From Actinomycetota bacterium (lineage in GTDB: Bacteria; Actinomycetota; CADDZG01; JAHWKV01): a stretch of DNA of 51,790 nucleotides. The stretch's first letter is position 1. Every line of letters starts with the position of its first letter. The position numbers and the translations under genes were made by a program. Of the stretch, positions 9,249 through 19,889 are shown in pieces. The DNA lies in the NCBI GenBank assembly GCA_036258795.1, contig DATACZ010000010.1, positions 1 to 51,790 of the forward strand, written 5' to 3'. The notes beneath the pieces were generated by a model. The model ran no database searches, was not told the origin of the DNA, and saw only the letters and a list, made by a program, of their open reading frames with translations.

Positions 9249-9950
9249 TTGGGGAATGAACCACTTCCCAACAGGAGTTCCGCGGAGCTAAGGAATCGGC
9301 TGGGCATAGGCTGCGAAACTCCGCAGCTCGATCTGGCCCTGACCCACCGTTCGTATGCGTTTGAGAGCGGCAGGCTCTCCCACAATGAGCGCCTGGAGTT
9401 CTTGGGGGACGCAGTCCTGGGCCTAGTGGTCACGGACCTCATATATCGCTGGTTTCCAGGGCTGAACGAGGGTGAGATGGCCATGTTGAGATCCAGCACC
9501 GTAAACATGCCGGTGCTGGCTGAGATGGCAAGGTCAATCGACCTTGGTTCTTATCTCCTTCTTGGCAAAGGGGAAGAGCTGTCGGGGGGCCGCGACAAGA
9601 CCTCCATACTGGCCGACGCCTTTGAGGCTGTGCTTGGGGCACTGTATGTGGACTGTGGTTGGGAGTATGCCCAGAAGCTGATTGAGCGCCTGTTTGCCGA
9701 CCACATCCGCACGCACGTTGATCAGGGCGTGCTGCGAGACTTCAAGACCAATCTGCAGGAGTTGACCGTTCAGGTTCACGGCACCGTCCCTGAGTACCGG
9801 GTCTCGTGGACGGGGCCAGACCACGCCAAGACCTTCAGAGCCAGCGTCTTCGTCGGCGGAACCGAGCTTGGCGCCGGAGCCGGCAGAAGCAAGAAGGAGG
9901 CGGAGCAGGGGGCCGCCAAGGAAGCGCTACTGCGACTGGCAAAGTCCTGA
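9249..9950 (+). CDS. rnc: Ribonuclease III
   Basis: 233 aa. Signature ERLEFLGDAVLGLVVTD. C-terminal dsRBD (GPDHAKTF...GRSKKEAEQGAAKEAL). Confidence 0.94.
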   Translation: MGNEPLPNRSSAELRNRLGIGCETPQLDLALTHRSYAFESGRLSHNERLEFLGDAVLGLVVTDLIYRWFPGLNEGEMAMLRSSTVNMPVLAEMARSIDLGSYLLLGKGEELSGGRDKTSILADAFEAVLGALYVDCGWEYAQKLIERLFADHIRTHVDQGVLRDFKTNLQELTVQVHGTVPEYRVSWTGPDHAKTFRASVFVGGTELGAGAGRSKKEAEQGAAKEALLRLAKS

Positions 9951-9953
9951 TCT

Positions 9954-10799
9954 GTGCCGGAGCTCCCGGAGGTTGAGGTCGTCCGACGAGACCTGGAGAA
10001 GGAGATCCTCGACAGGAAGATCCGAACCGCTGAGGTGCGGAGCACGAAAAATGCCATGCGCATCATCCGTCGTCATCGCAGGCGCAAGGAGTTCGAGGAC
10101 GCGTTGGCGGGCCGCAAAATCGCCAAAATCGACCGGCGTGGCAAGTACCTGCTCCTTTATTTGGACAACGGCACCATCCTGGTGGCTCACCTTGGGATGT
10201 CGGGGCAGTTGATCCTGTCCCGGGCAACGCTGCCAATGGAAAACCACACCCACGTGGTGCTCGACTTGGGTGCCGGAGACCAGCTCCGCTACATCGATCC
10301 ACGCAGCTTTGGAGAGATGTTCGTCGCCACCCCATCCGAGATGGGTCAGGTAACGGAGCTGCAGAAGCTGGGGCTGGATCCGCTGGAGCAACCACTGACC
10401 TGGCAGTACTTCTCCGAGACCCTCATGCTACGTAGGACGAAGCTCAAGGCTCTGCTCATGGATCAACGGTTCATCTCCGGAATAGGCAACATCTACTCCG
10501 ACGAGATCCTCTTTGCTGCCGGTTTGCGGCACGACCGGCCCTCGGAGACATTAGGCCCCTCCGAGGTGCGCAGGCTGTATCGAGCGATCCAGGACACCTT
10601 GCAGGAGGCCATCCGGCATCGGGGCACCTCCACCGAGGACGAGCAGTACCGGGATCTGTACGGGGACAAGGGGCAGTTTCAACAGTTCCTCAAGGTCTAC
10701 CAGCGGGAGGGACAGGCCTGCCACCGGTGCCGGACACCCATCGAGAGGGCCCGCTGGAGCAACCGCTCGACCTATTACTGCCCACAGTGCCAGGTATGA
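9954..10799 (+). CDS. mutM: Formamidopyrimidine-DNA glycosylase
   Basis: 281 aa. N-terminal MPELPEVE (catalytic Pro2/Glu3), H2TH region, C-terminal zinc finger CHRCRTPI...YYCPQCQ. Confidence 0.93.
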   Translation: MPELPEVEVVRRDLEKEILDRKIRTAEVRSTKNAMRIIRRHRRRKEFEDALAGRKIAKIDRRGKYLLLYLDNGTILVAHLGMSGQLILSRATLPMENHTHVVLDLGAGDQLRYIDPRSFGEMFVATPSEMGQVTELQKLGLDPLEQPLTWQYFSETLMLRRTKLKALLMDQRFISGIGNIYSDEILFAAGLRHDRPSETLGPSEVRRLYRAIQDTLQEAIRHRGTSTEDEQYRDLYGDKGQFQQFLKVYQREGQACHRCRTPIERARWSNRSTYYCPQCQV

Positions 10800-11518
10800 A
10801 CTTTCGGACCGAGGCCACCAAGCTGAAAACAGAAGCTCCCTCGAAGGGAGAAGAGCTATACGTGAGAGCGGAGGTGGAGATACCCGGCGAGCGGGTGCAG
10901 CCGTCCGTTTTGCTTACCCACGGAGCGGGCGGGAATCTTCACACGCCGGGGCTCAAGGCATTGTCGGCAGGTCTAGCCGAGGCCGGACATTTGGTCCTAA
11001 GAGCCGATCTTCCATACCTGGCCGCCGGAAGGAAAACCCGTCCGGCAGCAGAGAAAAGCGTTGACGGTTTCATAGCTCTGGCAGACGATGCCCGGCAGAA
11101 GTTCGGTCCCGAAGATGCCTGGGTATTCGGTGGAAGGTCATATGGAGGGCGGGTTGCCTCTATGGCGGTTGCATCTGGGCTCCAGGCGGCGGGCCTTCTC
11201 TTGTACTCCTATCCCCTCCACCGCCCGGGGAAGAAAAGTGAGCTCCGCGTCCAGCACTGGCCCAAGGTAAACGTGCCAAGCCTTTTTCTCGAAGGCACTC
11301 GAGATCCGTTCTGCGACCTGGAGCTGCTACGCAAGCACCTGGGCTCCTTGGGTGCCCCGGCGACGGTTCACGTCATTCCCGGAGCCGAGCACACGCTGAA
11401 GGTGCCTGCGGCCCATGCTGAGAGCGGCAAGGCGCAGTCCGAGGAGGTCACCGTCAAATCACTAATTCCGGTGGTCACGGATTGGCTCCGCACCTTGGCT
11501 CAAAAAGGGCCTCACTAA
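10796..11518 (+). CDS. Alpha/beta-fold hydrolase (COG3571 / dienelactone-hydrolase-like)
   Basis: ATG at 10796 forms an ATGA overlap with the mutM stop. LLTHGAGGNLHTP, GGRSYGGRVASMAV (nucleophile elbow), SLFLEGTRDPFC, IPGAEHTL. The ORF-track start at 10727 lies inside mutM and was not used. Confidence 0.75.
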   Translation: MNFRTEATKLKTEAPSKGEELYVRAEVEIPGERVQPSVLLTHGAGGNLHTPGLKALSAGLAEAGHLVLRADLPYLAAGRKTRPAAEKSVDGFIALADDARQKFGPEDAWVFGGRSYGGRVASMAVASGLQAAGLLLYSYPLHRPGKKSELRVQHWPKVNVPSLFLEGTRDPFCDLELLRKHLGSLGAPATVHVIPGAEHTLKVPAAHAESGKAQSEEVTVKSLIPVVTDWLRTLAQKGPH

Positions 11519-12192
11519 GGTTCAGCGGAGCTGGGAGGCCTCCCTGCCGCGTACGGGGTCTGAGGATTGCGCTCGCCAGCGCATAGCCGAGCCAGGCCAC
11601 AGCTATCCCGACTGGGATCGCCGCAAGCCGCTGAATCGCGTGCGGGAGCAGCGCAGCCGCGGGGGTCAACACGGCGGCGATGGCAAGCAGGCCGGCCGGC
11701 CAGCGTGGCAGGATGCCGGCGCGGAGCGTAGCGATGCCAAACAGCAGGCCGCCGAGCATATACGGGATCCCGACCCCGAGGGTAAAGAGCGCTGGGAGGG
11801 CTCCGAGGTTGACCTCGCTGGCGCGCCCGGCGGCGAGGGTTCCCAGGGCGCCGTCAACAAACTCCGGCGCCGTGGTCGCCAACGGCGGAAAGATAAAGGC
11901 TTCGGCGAAAAACAAAGGCCGTCTGGAGCCACCTTGAGATGGTCAACAGGAGAAAACCGGCCAGACCGAGCCAACCGACCCTTTCCACTTGCCTGGCGTA
12001 GAGCCCCGTAAAGCCAATGAGAAAAAAGAGGCACATGACCGTCTTCAGGGCGGTGATGATTGCCCATGCGCTGGTGGTGACTGACGATACAACGTCAGGT
12101 GGATGGATCGGTTGAATGCCCGCGAAAATGATCCCTGCCGCCATGGCTGCTAAACCGGTCCACCGGATGAGGCTCGACCCTGTAAGCTTCAT
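11475..12192 (-). pseudogene. Multi-pass membrane protein split by a frameshift (two overlapping ORFs 11854-12192 and 11475-11915)
   Basis: Both ORFs are strongly hydrophobic and read as one protein if one A is removed from the A5 run at 11908-11912: ...LLLTISRWLQTAFVF|AEAFIFPPLATTAPEFVDG... The downstream frame has a TGA only about 30 nt upstream of the run. Confidence 0.6.
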
Positions 12193-12202
12193 TTGGCTCG
12201 AC

Positions 12203-13402
12203 TTAGGCTCCGTATGTAATCAAGCGGCCGCTGGAGGCAAGGATCAGCGCCATCAGCTCTTTTGCCATCCTGTGCCCGAAGGCGCCCGCCCGGGCAGCTT
12301 CCTCGTTGAAGTAGCACACGGAATCCATCCCTACCTGGGAGCCCCAAAGAATGAAGGGCACCGGGTGCCAGGAGTGGCGCATCAGCTGGCTGGGGGTGCT
12401 GTGGTCCCCGGTGACGCAAATGACTTCAGGGTTCAGCGCCCGAATGGCGGGGATGGTCGCGTCGACGCGTTCAATCTCCAGGCACTTTCGCTCGAAGTCG
12501 CCGTCCTCACCGGCGGCATCGGTGCCCTTGAGATGCAGGTAAAAGAAGTCGTACTGGTCCCAGGAACTGTGGAGCTCCTCGACCGCTTCGATCCAGCCGG
12601 CCACCGGAGGCGGGGTCTCCATGCCGACTATCTTTGCCAGGCCCAGGTACATAGGGTAGCTGGCAATTCCTCTCGCCCGTAGGCCGTAACGCTCGGGGAA
12701 CCTTGGCAGTCCACGTTGCGTGTCGAATCCTCTGAGCAAGATGAAGTTGGCCGGCTCGTCCTTCAGGATGATGCGTACCTGGGCTAGGAGCTTCTCCACC
12801 AGATCCGCCGTCCTCACGGCCTGCTCGGCAAGAGGTGCCGGGTCGTGCGGTACCAAACCCAGGATCTGGGGGTCGGTGTCCCTGATCATCGGGGAGAGGG
12901 CGTCTCCCTTAAGAATCAGCACCGCCCTGTGGTCGCGCTCGGTGTAGAACAGGGCCGAGACTCCCTCCTCCAGCTGAACCGCGGCATTGATTTGCGCGCA
13001 CAACCTCCGGTTGACCTCGGTGGTGATGCGACCCGCCCGGCGGTCCACCACCCGTCCCATGGCGTCCACGGTGCAGAAGTTTGCCCGGGCGGCTATCTCT
13101 CCCGGTTTGAGCTCAATGCCGATTCCGGCAGCGGACAAAGCGCCACGGCCCAAGGTGTACTCAATCGGGTCGTAGCCGAAAAGGGCCAGGTGCCCGGCCC
13201 CGCTTCCCGGGGTGATGCCCGGGGCCACCATCGTGAGCAGTCCCGATGAGCCCTCGGCGGCGAGCTGGTCCAGGTTCGGAATCTTGGCTTCAGTGAGCTC
13301 CGAGCCTCTCTCCGAGCTGCGGAAGCCTCCGAGACCGTCCATGACGATGAGAACCATCTTCGCCTCGGTCCGGCGAACGAGAGTTGGGACAAGTTCTTCC
13401 AT
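12203..13402 (-). CDS. apgM: Cofactor-independent phosphoglycerate mutase, archaeal ApgM type
   Basis: 399 aa. MVLIVMDGLGGF, GITPGSGAGHLALFGYDP, FFYLHLKGTDAAGEDGDF, VTGDHSTP are metalloenzyme-superfamily motifs as in ApgM. Confidence 0.85.
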   Translation of the reverse strand: MEELVPTLVRRTEAKMVLIVMDGLGGFRSSERGSELTEAKIPNLDQLAAEGSSGLLTMVAPGITPGSGAGHLALFGYDPIEYTLGRGALSAAGIGIELKPGEIAARANFCTVDAMGRVVDRRAGRITTEVNRRLCAQINAAVQLEEGVSALFYTERDHRAVLILKGDALSPMIRDTDPQILGLVPHDPAPLAEQAVRTADLVEKLLAQVRIILKDEPANFILLRGFDTQRGLPRFPERYGLRARGIASYPMYLGLAKIVGMETPPPVAGWIEAVEELHSSWDQYDFFYLHLKGTDAAGEDGDFERKCLEIERVDATIPAIRALNPEVICVTGDHSTPSQLMRHSWHPVPFILWGSQVGMDSVCYFNEEAARAGAFGHRMAKELMALILASSGRLITYGA

Positions 13403-13557
13403 GCCGCAACTATATGGTCACGGGCAGCCTTCAGAGCAAGAAGATCTGTAAACAGCTGATTAAGGATTGGCTAATTGACCGTTGGGTGGTTCGGTCCGGC
13501 AAGACGGAGCATTTCCTTCGACCCGCTGGCAAGCCCTGCTAACATCGAGGCCCACTG

Positions 13558-16500
13558 ATGTTCCTCAAATCACTGGTCCTTCGCGGCTTCAAGTCGTTTG
13601 CGGAGAGGACCCCTCTCACCTTCGAACCTGGAATCAGCGTGGTGGTCGGTCCCAACGGCAGTGGCAAGTCCAACGTCGTGGACGCCATCTGCTGGGTGCT
13701 GGGAGAGCAGGGTCCTGCCGCGCTGCGCGGCGGAAGGATGGAGGATGTCATCTTCGCCGGCTCGGGAACCAAGCCCGCGCTCGGCATGGCAGAGGTGCGG
13801 TTGACAATCGACAACTCCGCGGGGCTCCTGCCCGTCGAGTTCAGTGAGGTCACAATCTCCCGCACGCTCTTCCGGTCTGGCGACAGTGAATACCAGCTGA
13901 ACGGATCCAGCTGCCGGCTCCTGGACATCCAGGAACTCCTATCGGACGCGGGCGTGGGGCGTGAGCAACACATCATCGTGGGGCAGGGCAGGCTGGACGA
14001 GGTCTTGAGCGCCGACCCTCAGCAAATGCGCCTGATCGTCGAGGAAGCCGCCGGCGTCGGAAAGCACCGGCGCCGTAAGGAACGGGCTCTCAGGAAGATC
14101 GCATCCGCCGAAGCCAACCTCGTCCACCTGGGGGACCTGCTGGCGGAGGTTCGACGGCAGCTCAAACCCCTCGAGCAGCAGGCCGAGATGGCTCAGCGTC
14201 ATCATCAGCTCGATCGGGAGCTCCGCCAGGTCCGTCTAATCCTGGATTCAAGGCGTCTGGCGGAGGTCATCTCCTCGCTAAAGCCTTTCGACAACGATCT
14301 TCAGGCCCAGGTCTCCCACAGGGAACTGGAGCTATCCCGTGTCGACGCCAGGCTGGCGGAGTGCGAGGCCCGCAGGCAGCAGACCCATGCTTTAGCCGCC
14401 AGAAGAAGGGAGGTGGAGTGGCGCCTAACGGCAAGCTCCGAACGGCTCGCGGCCTTGAAACGCCTGGCGGATGAGAGGGTGCGGGCCCTGAAAGCCGAGC
14501 TCTCAGCCACCAACGAGGCGGCTGGAGAAGCCCACATCGCCGAGCTGGCTCGGCAGCTGGATGAGAGCCGCGCGGAAAGGCTTGTGGCGATGGAGGCGGA
14601 GGCGGCCCAGAAGGAGTCTGCCGACATGGCGTTGCATGTGCTGGAGAAAGCTAGGGAGGCGGCCGCGGTGACCCGGCAAGCCCTGGCCGAGCAGCGGGAG
14701 GCCAGCGCTGCCCTTGCTGAGGAGGTACACCGCCTGGGGTCGGAGCTGGCCTCGATAGAGGCGCTGTCGCGCTCCACCGAGCTGGAACGGGCTCGCCAGG
14801 TGGAGCGGCTAAGCGAGGACGAACGGAAACTAAACGACGCTCGCGAGCGGCAGGTCGTGACACGTGAAGCGGTCAGTGACCTCATTGCCCAGCAGGAGGT
14901 TCTTCGAGGAAGGGCCAGGAGCGGCCAGGAAAGCCTGCGACGGTTGGAACAGCGCCGTTCCGCTCTCCTCGATGAGATTAGAGACGCCGAGCGGCAGGCT
15001 GCTCACGCCAGGGCCCGCAAGGAAGTGATGTCCGGCAAGGCCTCCGCCGAAGCGGCCCGCCTTGCCGTCCTGAACAGGCCTGAGGGACGGCTGGCCATAC
15101 TGAGCAATCTTGTGGATCTTCCGGGCAGGCGCCGGCGGGCGCTCGAGTCCTTTTTAGGACCGCTCGACGCGGTGTTGGTCGCAGCCGATCGGGCGGCGGC
15201 AACCGAGGTCCTGACCGAGGAAGCCTCCGCCGAACCGCTGGTGGTCCTTGTGGCCGAGGGCTCGGCCGCCGTAGTTGACGGAGCCGAGGCCCTTTTATCC
15301 GGGGCTCAAAGTGCCGATTCCAGGGCAATGCCGGCCTTGGGCGACATTTATCTGGCACCTTCGGTGCAAGATGCGGTATCGCTGGCGGAAAAGCACCGCC
15401 ACGCGGTGTTCGTAACCGCAGATGGAGCCGTCGCCGCGGGAGGCCTGGTGTTGAGGAGGCCAGGCGTCACCACCCCGTTCCTGGAGGAGCTCGAGCTGCG
15501 CCTGGTGGCGCTGAATTCCGAGCTTCGCAAGCTGGACGACTCCCTGCAGTCCTCCCGGGCCGGCGTAGAGGAAGCTCGGGATGATGCCAGCCGTATGGAG
15601 GCCCAGCTGGCCTTGGAGTCAGAGAGGGCCCGGCTCGCGGAGCTGGAGGCCCACTCCATGCAGATGAGGATTGCGGAGTGCAGAGAGGCGATCCGTCTGA
15701 TCGATGACTCGCTGGCGCCTCTGTCGGATCGGCGGCTAAGCCTCACCCGGGAGCTTTCCGAGGCGCGGGCCGTCAAGGCCTCGTCCGACGCCGAGCTCGA
15801 TCATCTCGAGGTAAAGCACGCCGCGGCCATAGCGGGCGTCGATGAAGCCACGTCGGAGTGGGACGTCTGCCGAATGGCGAATGGTCAGGCGGCTGAACGC
15901 ACCCGCTTGCTTGACGAGCGCCTGGAAGCACTCGAGGCCCGTATGTCAAAGGCCGCGCAGTCTCTGACCGGGGTCTCTGATAAAAGAGCCATCCTGGCGG
16001 GTGCGATGGACCAGGCTTCGTGGGTGTCCGAAGTTGCAGATCATGCCAGGGTAGCCGTTACCTTGTGGGCCGGCGAGGCGGCAACCGTCCACCAGGCTAC
16101 GCTGGCCCTTGTGACCGAGGTGGAGGGCCAAGTCGCGGAGCTCAAATCCGAGAGGAGCGTGTTGGCCGCCGATCTGGAGGAGCGCAGAAGCCGGGCCACG
16201 CACCAGAACCTGGCCAGAAGTGAGCTTCAGGTGAAACGGCGAATCATGGAGGCCGGGATTCGAGAGGAGTGGCAGGTGGTGCCGGAGCAGCTCCTGGCCA
16301 GATTTGATTCCGGATCCGAGCCGGGAAGCGAGCCCGCCTTCCTCGGCGATCTGGAAGACGGGCTGGAGCAGCTTATGCAGCTGGACGAGCTCAGCCTGGA
16401 AGCACGGAAGTCGCGGCTCGAGCGCCAGCTTGCCGGTATGGGCAGCGTCAACCCGCTTGCGGCCAGGGAAGCCGAGGCATTGGGGGAGAGGGCCTCCTTC

Positions 16501-17046
16501 CTGTCTTCGCAGATCGACGACGTCCAGAACAGCCGCAGGGACCTGTTGAAGGTCGTGGAGTCGGTTGACGAGAAAATCAAGGATCTTTTTGCATCCGCGT
16601 ATGCCGACGTGTCGGTGGAGTTCGAGAGGCTGTTCCAAGTGTTGTTTCCGAGAGGCAAGGGGGCCCTCCGGCTAACCGACCCTGACGACTTGCTGGGCTC
16701 AGGAGTGGAGGTTGAAGCTGGTCCCACCGGGCGAAGCCTGAAGCGCCTATCTCTGCTGTCGGGAGGAGAGCGGGCGCTGTCCGCGCTGGCGGTGCTTTTC
16801 GCCATCTTCAGGGCCAGGCCATCTCCCTTCTACATCCTGGACGAGGTTGAGGCTGCTCTGGACGACGTGAACCTTCACCGGTTTCTCGAGCTCTTGAGGG
16901 AGTTCAGGGACTCATCCCAGCTGCTGGTGGTCACTCATCAGAAAAGGACGATGGAGGTCGCAGACGTCCTCTACGGAGTCTCGATCCGGCCTGATGGAGT
17001 GTCCAAGGTCATCTCGGAGCGGTTATCCGAGCTCTTCCCCGCTTGA
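13558..17046 (+). CDS. smc: Chromosome partition protein Smc
   Basis: 1162 aa. N-terminal Walker A GPNGSGKSN, long coiled-coil arms with central hinge, C-terminal LSGGERALSALAVLFAIF signature and Walker B FYILDEVEAALD. Confidence 0.96.
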   Translation: MFLKSLVLRGFKSFAERTPLTFEPGISVVVGPNGSGKSNVVDAICWVLGEQGPAALRGGRMEDVIFAGSGTKPALGMAEVRLTIDNSAGLLPVEFSEVTISRTLFRSGDSEYQLNGSSCRLLDIQELLSDAGVGREQHIIVGQGRLDEVLSADPQQMRLIVEEAAGVGKHRRRKERALRKIASAEANLVHLGDLLAEVRRQLKPLEQQAEMAQRHHQLDRELRQVRLILDSRRLAEVISSLKPFDNDLQAQVSHRELELSRVDARLAECEARRQQTHALAARRREVEWRLTASSERLAALKRLADERVRALKAELSATNEAAGEAHIAELARQLDESRAERLVAMEAEAAQKESADMALHVLEKAREAAAVTRQALAEQREASAALAEEVHRLGSELASIEALSRSTELERARQVERLSEDERKLNDARERQVVTREAVSDLIAQQEVLRGRARSGQESLRRLEQRRSALLDEIRDAERQAAHARARKEVMSGKASAEAARLAVLNRPEGRLAILSNLVDLPGRRRRALESFLGPLDAVLVAADRAAATEVLTEEASAEPLVVLVAEGSAAVVDGAEALLSGAQSADSRAMPALGDIYLAPSVQDAVSLAEKHRHAVFVTADGAVAAGGLVLRRPGVTTPFLEELELRLVALNSELRKLDDSLQSSRAGVEEARDDASRMEAQLALESERARLAELEAHSMQMRIAECREAIRLIDDSLAPLSDRRLSLTRELSEARAVKASSDAELDHLEVKHAAAIAGVDEATSEWDVCRMANGQAAERTRLLDERLEALEARMSKAAQSLTGVSDKRAILAGAMDQASWVSEVADHARVAVTLWAGEAATVHQATLALVTEVEGQVAELKSERSVLAADLEERRSRATHQNLARSELQVKRRIMEAGIREEWQVVPEQLLARFDSGSEPGSEPAFLGDLEDGLEQLMQLDELSLEARKSRLERQLAGMGSVNPLAAREAEALGERASFLSSQIDDVQNSRRDLLKVVESVDEKIKDLFASAYADVSVEFERLFQVLFPRGKGALRLTDPDDLLGSGVEVEAGPTGRSLKRLSLLSGGERALSALAVLFAIFRARPSPFYILDEVEAALDDVNLHRFLELLREFRDSSQLLVVTHQKRTMEVADVLYGVSIRPDGVSKVISERLSELFPA

Positions 17047-17073
17047 TGCAGCTGTCCGCGGCCTAACAAAGTC

Positions 17074-18180
17074 ATGAACCAGGGTTCTGGTGATCTTTTG
17101 GTCGCGGTGATAGCCGTAGCTATCCTGCTGGCGGCTCTCGTCAGCATCATCCGGCTTGCCACCCGGCCAAGGGCCGGGAGGGTTCCACCGGAGGCCGAGG
17201 TAGAGCCAAGGGATGTGGAACCGGCTGACAGGCCAACAGCGCTGGCAACGGTTGAGGCGCCACCGGAACCAGTCGAGGCCCCCGCGCCGGTGGTCTCTCG
17301 CCTTGGCCGGGGCCTTGCCAAGACGAGGAGCGTACTCGCGGGAACTCTATTGGCGCTCAAAGGTCGAGATCGGCTGGACCGCGAGGACTGGGAGGAGATC
17401 GAGGATGCACTGATAAGGGCCGATGTGGGAGTGGCAGCGGCGGACCGGATTCTGACCTCGGTAAGAGCCGCCAAGCCGGCCCCGAATGAGCTATCCGAGG
17501 CCTTGAGAGGTGAGCTGGCCGCAGTTCTGTCGGGAGGAAACTCGTCTCTGACCGTCAAAGAGGACGGTCCGAACGTGTGGCTGATCATCGGCGTGAACGG
17601 GGTGGGAAAGACCACGTCTATAGCCAAGCTCGCCAACCGGCTCCTCGGCGAGGGACGGTCGGTCGTGCTGGCGGCGGGGGATACCTTCCGGGCCGCGGCC
17701 ATCGAGCAGTTGGGAAGCTGGGCGAACCGGCTCGGCGTTCACATGGTCAAGCATGCTTCGGGGGCCGACCCGGGAGCAGTGGTGTATGACGCCATCGAGC
17801 ACGCCAAGGCCCGGCGGATCGACGTGGTGATCGTCGACACGGCGGGGCGGCTGCACACGAAGACAAACCTGATGGATGAGCTGCGAAAGATCAGAAGAGT
17901 GGCAGAGCGGGAAGCGGCGGTTAGCGAGTCTCTGTTGGTTCTAGACGCAACTGTGGGCCAAAATGGTCTAGCCCAGGCTCGAGCGTTCAAGGAGGCGGTC
18001 GGGGCCACCGGCGTGATCCTCACGAAGCTGGACGGGTCCGCCAAGGGTGGCATCGTGATTGCGATTCAGGAAGAGCTCGGGGTGCCCGTGAAGGCAGTGG
18101 GAGTAGGAGAGGGGCTGGAGGATATGGAGCCCTTCGACCCTGAGCGGTTCGTCGATGCTCTCCTGGACACCTCCAGGTAG
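17074..18180 (+). CDS. ftsY: Signal recognition particle receptor FtsY
   Basis: 368 aa. N-terminal TM segment plus acidic/Pro linker. NG domain with GVNGVGKTTSIAKLA, DTAGRLH, TKLDGSAKGG. Confidence 0.95.
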   Translation: MNQGSGDLLVAVIAVAILLAALVSIIRLATRPRAGRVPPEAEVEPRDVEPADRPTALATVEAPPEPVEAPAPVVSRLGRGLAKTRSVLAGTLLALKGRDRLDREDWEEIEDALIRADVGVAAADRILTSVRAAKPAPNELSEALRGELAAVLSGGNSSLTVKEDGPNVWLIIGVNGVGKTTSIAKLANRLLGEGRSVVLAAGDTFRAAAIEQLGSWANRLGVHMVKHASGADPGAVVYDAIEHAKARRIDVVIVDTAGRLHTKTNLMDELRKIRRVAEREAAVSESLLVLDATVGQNGLAQARAFKEAVGATGVILTKLDGSAKGGIVIAIQEELGVPVKAVGVGEGLEDMEPFDPERFVDALLDTSR

Positions 18181-18190
18181 GAGAACGGCC

Positions 18191-19534
18191 ATGTTTGATG
18201 CGTTGGGGAAGCGGCTTGACCAGGTGTTCAAGCAACTTCGCGGGCGCGGGCGGCTCACAGAAAAAGACGTCGACCAGGCACTGCGTGAGGTCCGACTGGC
18301 ACTACTGGAGGCCGACGTGGCCCTTCCCGCAGTCAAGAGCTTCTTGGGGCGCGTGCGTGAGCGAGCTGTCGGCGAGGACATCCTCAAGTCTCTGACTCCC
18401 GGCCAGCAGGTAGTCAAGATTGTTCATGAGGAGCTGATCAACATGCTGGGCGGGACGCTCTCGCCCCTCAAGAAGGCTCCCCAGCCGCCTACCGTGATCA
18501 TGCTGGCCGGCCTCCAGGGCTCCGGTAAGACCACGCTTGCCGCCAAGCTCGGAGCCCACCTTAAGAAGAAGGGCAGCCGGGTGATGCTCGTGGCAGCAGA
18601 CCTTCAGCGCCCGGCGGCAATTCGACAGCTCGAGATACTGGCCGGACAGGCCGGAGTCTCATTCCATGGACGGCCCGAGGCGACCGATGCGGTAGCGGTG
18701 GCAAGATCCGGCTTGGAGGCGGGAAGGCGGGAAGCCGACTACGTGATCGTTGATACGGCCGGGCGTTTGCATATCGATGAGGAGATGATGTCCCAGGTAG
18801 CGCGTGTTCACGCCGCCGTCGATCCAGACGAGGTGCTCTTCGTGCTGGACGCAATGACCGGCCAGGACGCCCTAGTCTCTGCCAAGGCCTTCTCTGAGAC
18901 CCTGCCCCTTACCGGCATTGCCCTCACCAAGATCGATGGAGACGCCCGAGGCGGAGCAGCCCTCTCCGCCACTGCAGTTACCGGCACGCCAGTGAAGTTC
19001 GCCGGTACCGGGGAGAAGCTCACGGATCTGGAGCCTTTCTACCCGGACCGGATCGCCTCGAGGATTCTCGGGATGGGTGATGTCCTCAGCCTTATCGAGA
19101 AGGCTGAGGAGTCTATCGACGCCCAGAAGGCCGAGGAGCAGGCCAGAAGGGTGATGCAGGCCAGATTCACCCTGGAGGACTTCCTGGAACAGATTCAAGC
19201 CGTTCGGAAGATGGGCGGGATTACGGACATCATGAAGATGCTGCCGGGAATGCCAGGCGGCCGCCGGTTGTCGGACATCAACGTACAGGACTCGGACGTT
19301 GATCGGATAGAGGCGATCATCCGATCGATGACGCCGGCGGAAAGAAGAGACCCGAGGATCATCTCGGGGAGTCGCAGGGCACGGATCGCCTATGGCTCGG
19401 GGAGCCAGATCCGTGAGGTGAACGACCTGCTCAAGCAGTTCGAGGCAGCTCGAAAGATGATGAAGCAGATGTCCAAGCTTCGCCCCGGCAAGAAGCACCA
19501 GGCTTTCAACCTTCCTCCAGGATTTGAGCTGTAG
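18191..19534 (+). CDS. ffh: Signal recognition particle protein Ffh
   Basis: Start taken at ATG 18191 (MFDALGKRLDQVFKQLRGRG). GLQGSGKTT, DTAGRLH, TKIDGDARGGAALS, Met-rich M domain. The ORF-track start at 18155 overlaps ftsY. Confidence 0.95.
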   Translation: MFDALGKRLDQVFKQLRGRGRLTEKDVDQALREVRLALLEADVALPAVKSFLGRVRERAVGEDILKSLTPGQQVVKIVHEELINMLGGTLSPLKKAPQPPTVIMLAGLQGSGKTTLAAKLGAHLKKKGSRVMLVAADLQRPAAIRQLEILAGQAGVSFHGRPEATDAVAVARSGLEAGRREADYVIVDTAGRLHIDEEMMSQVARVHAAVDPDEVLFVLDAMTGQDALVSAKAFSETLPLTGIALTKIDGDARGGAALSATAVTGTPVKFAGTGEKLTDLEPFYPDRIASRILGMGDVLSLIEKAEESIDAQKAEEQARRVMQARFTLEDFLEQIQAVRKMGGITDIMKMLPGMPGGRRLSDINVQDSDVDRIEAIIRSMTPAERRDPRIISGSRRARIAYGSGSQIREVNDLLKQFEAARKMMKQMSKLRPGKKHQAFNLPPGFEL

Positions 19535-19610
19535 CACTGCATCGATGGCGCTATTCGGAAGACCGCGACATCATCGAGCCCAGAAGAGCAAAGCTGCTAC
19601 GCTGTGACCG

Positions 19611-19889
19611 ATGGTCAAGATACGACTCCGCCGCATAGGCAAGAAAAAGCAGCCCACATACAGGGTCGTCGTGGCCGATTCCCGGTCATCACGAGATGGC
19701 CGGTTCATCGAAGCCATTGGCAGGTATGCGCCACGAAACGAGCCGTCGGTGGTTGAGATCGACCGGGACAAGGCTCTCGAGTGGCTCGGAAAGGGTGCAC
19801 AGCCGACCGAGGCGGTCACCAAGCTGCTCACAATTGCCGGCGTAATCGATGAGAAGGTAGCGAAGCCCACAGCCAAATCCTCAAGATGA
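19611..19889 (+). CDS. rpsP: 30S ribosomal protein S16
   Basis: 92 aa: [34 protein letters not shown]... Confidence 0.94.
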   Translation: MVKIRLRRIGKKKQPTYRVVVADSRSSRDGRFIEAIGRYAPRNEPSVVEIDRDKALEWLGKGAQPTEAVTKLLTIAGVIDEKVAKPTAKSSR

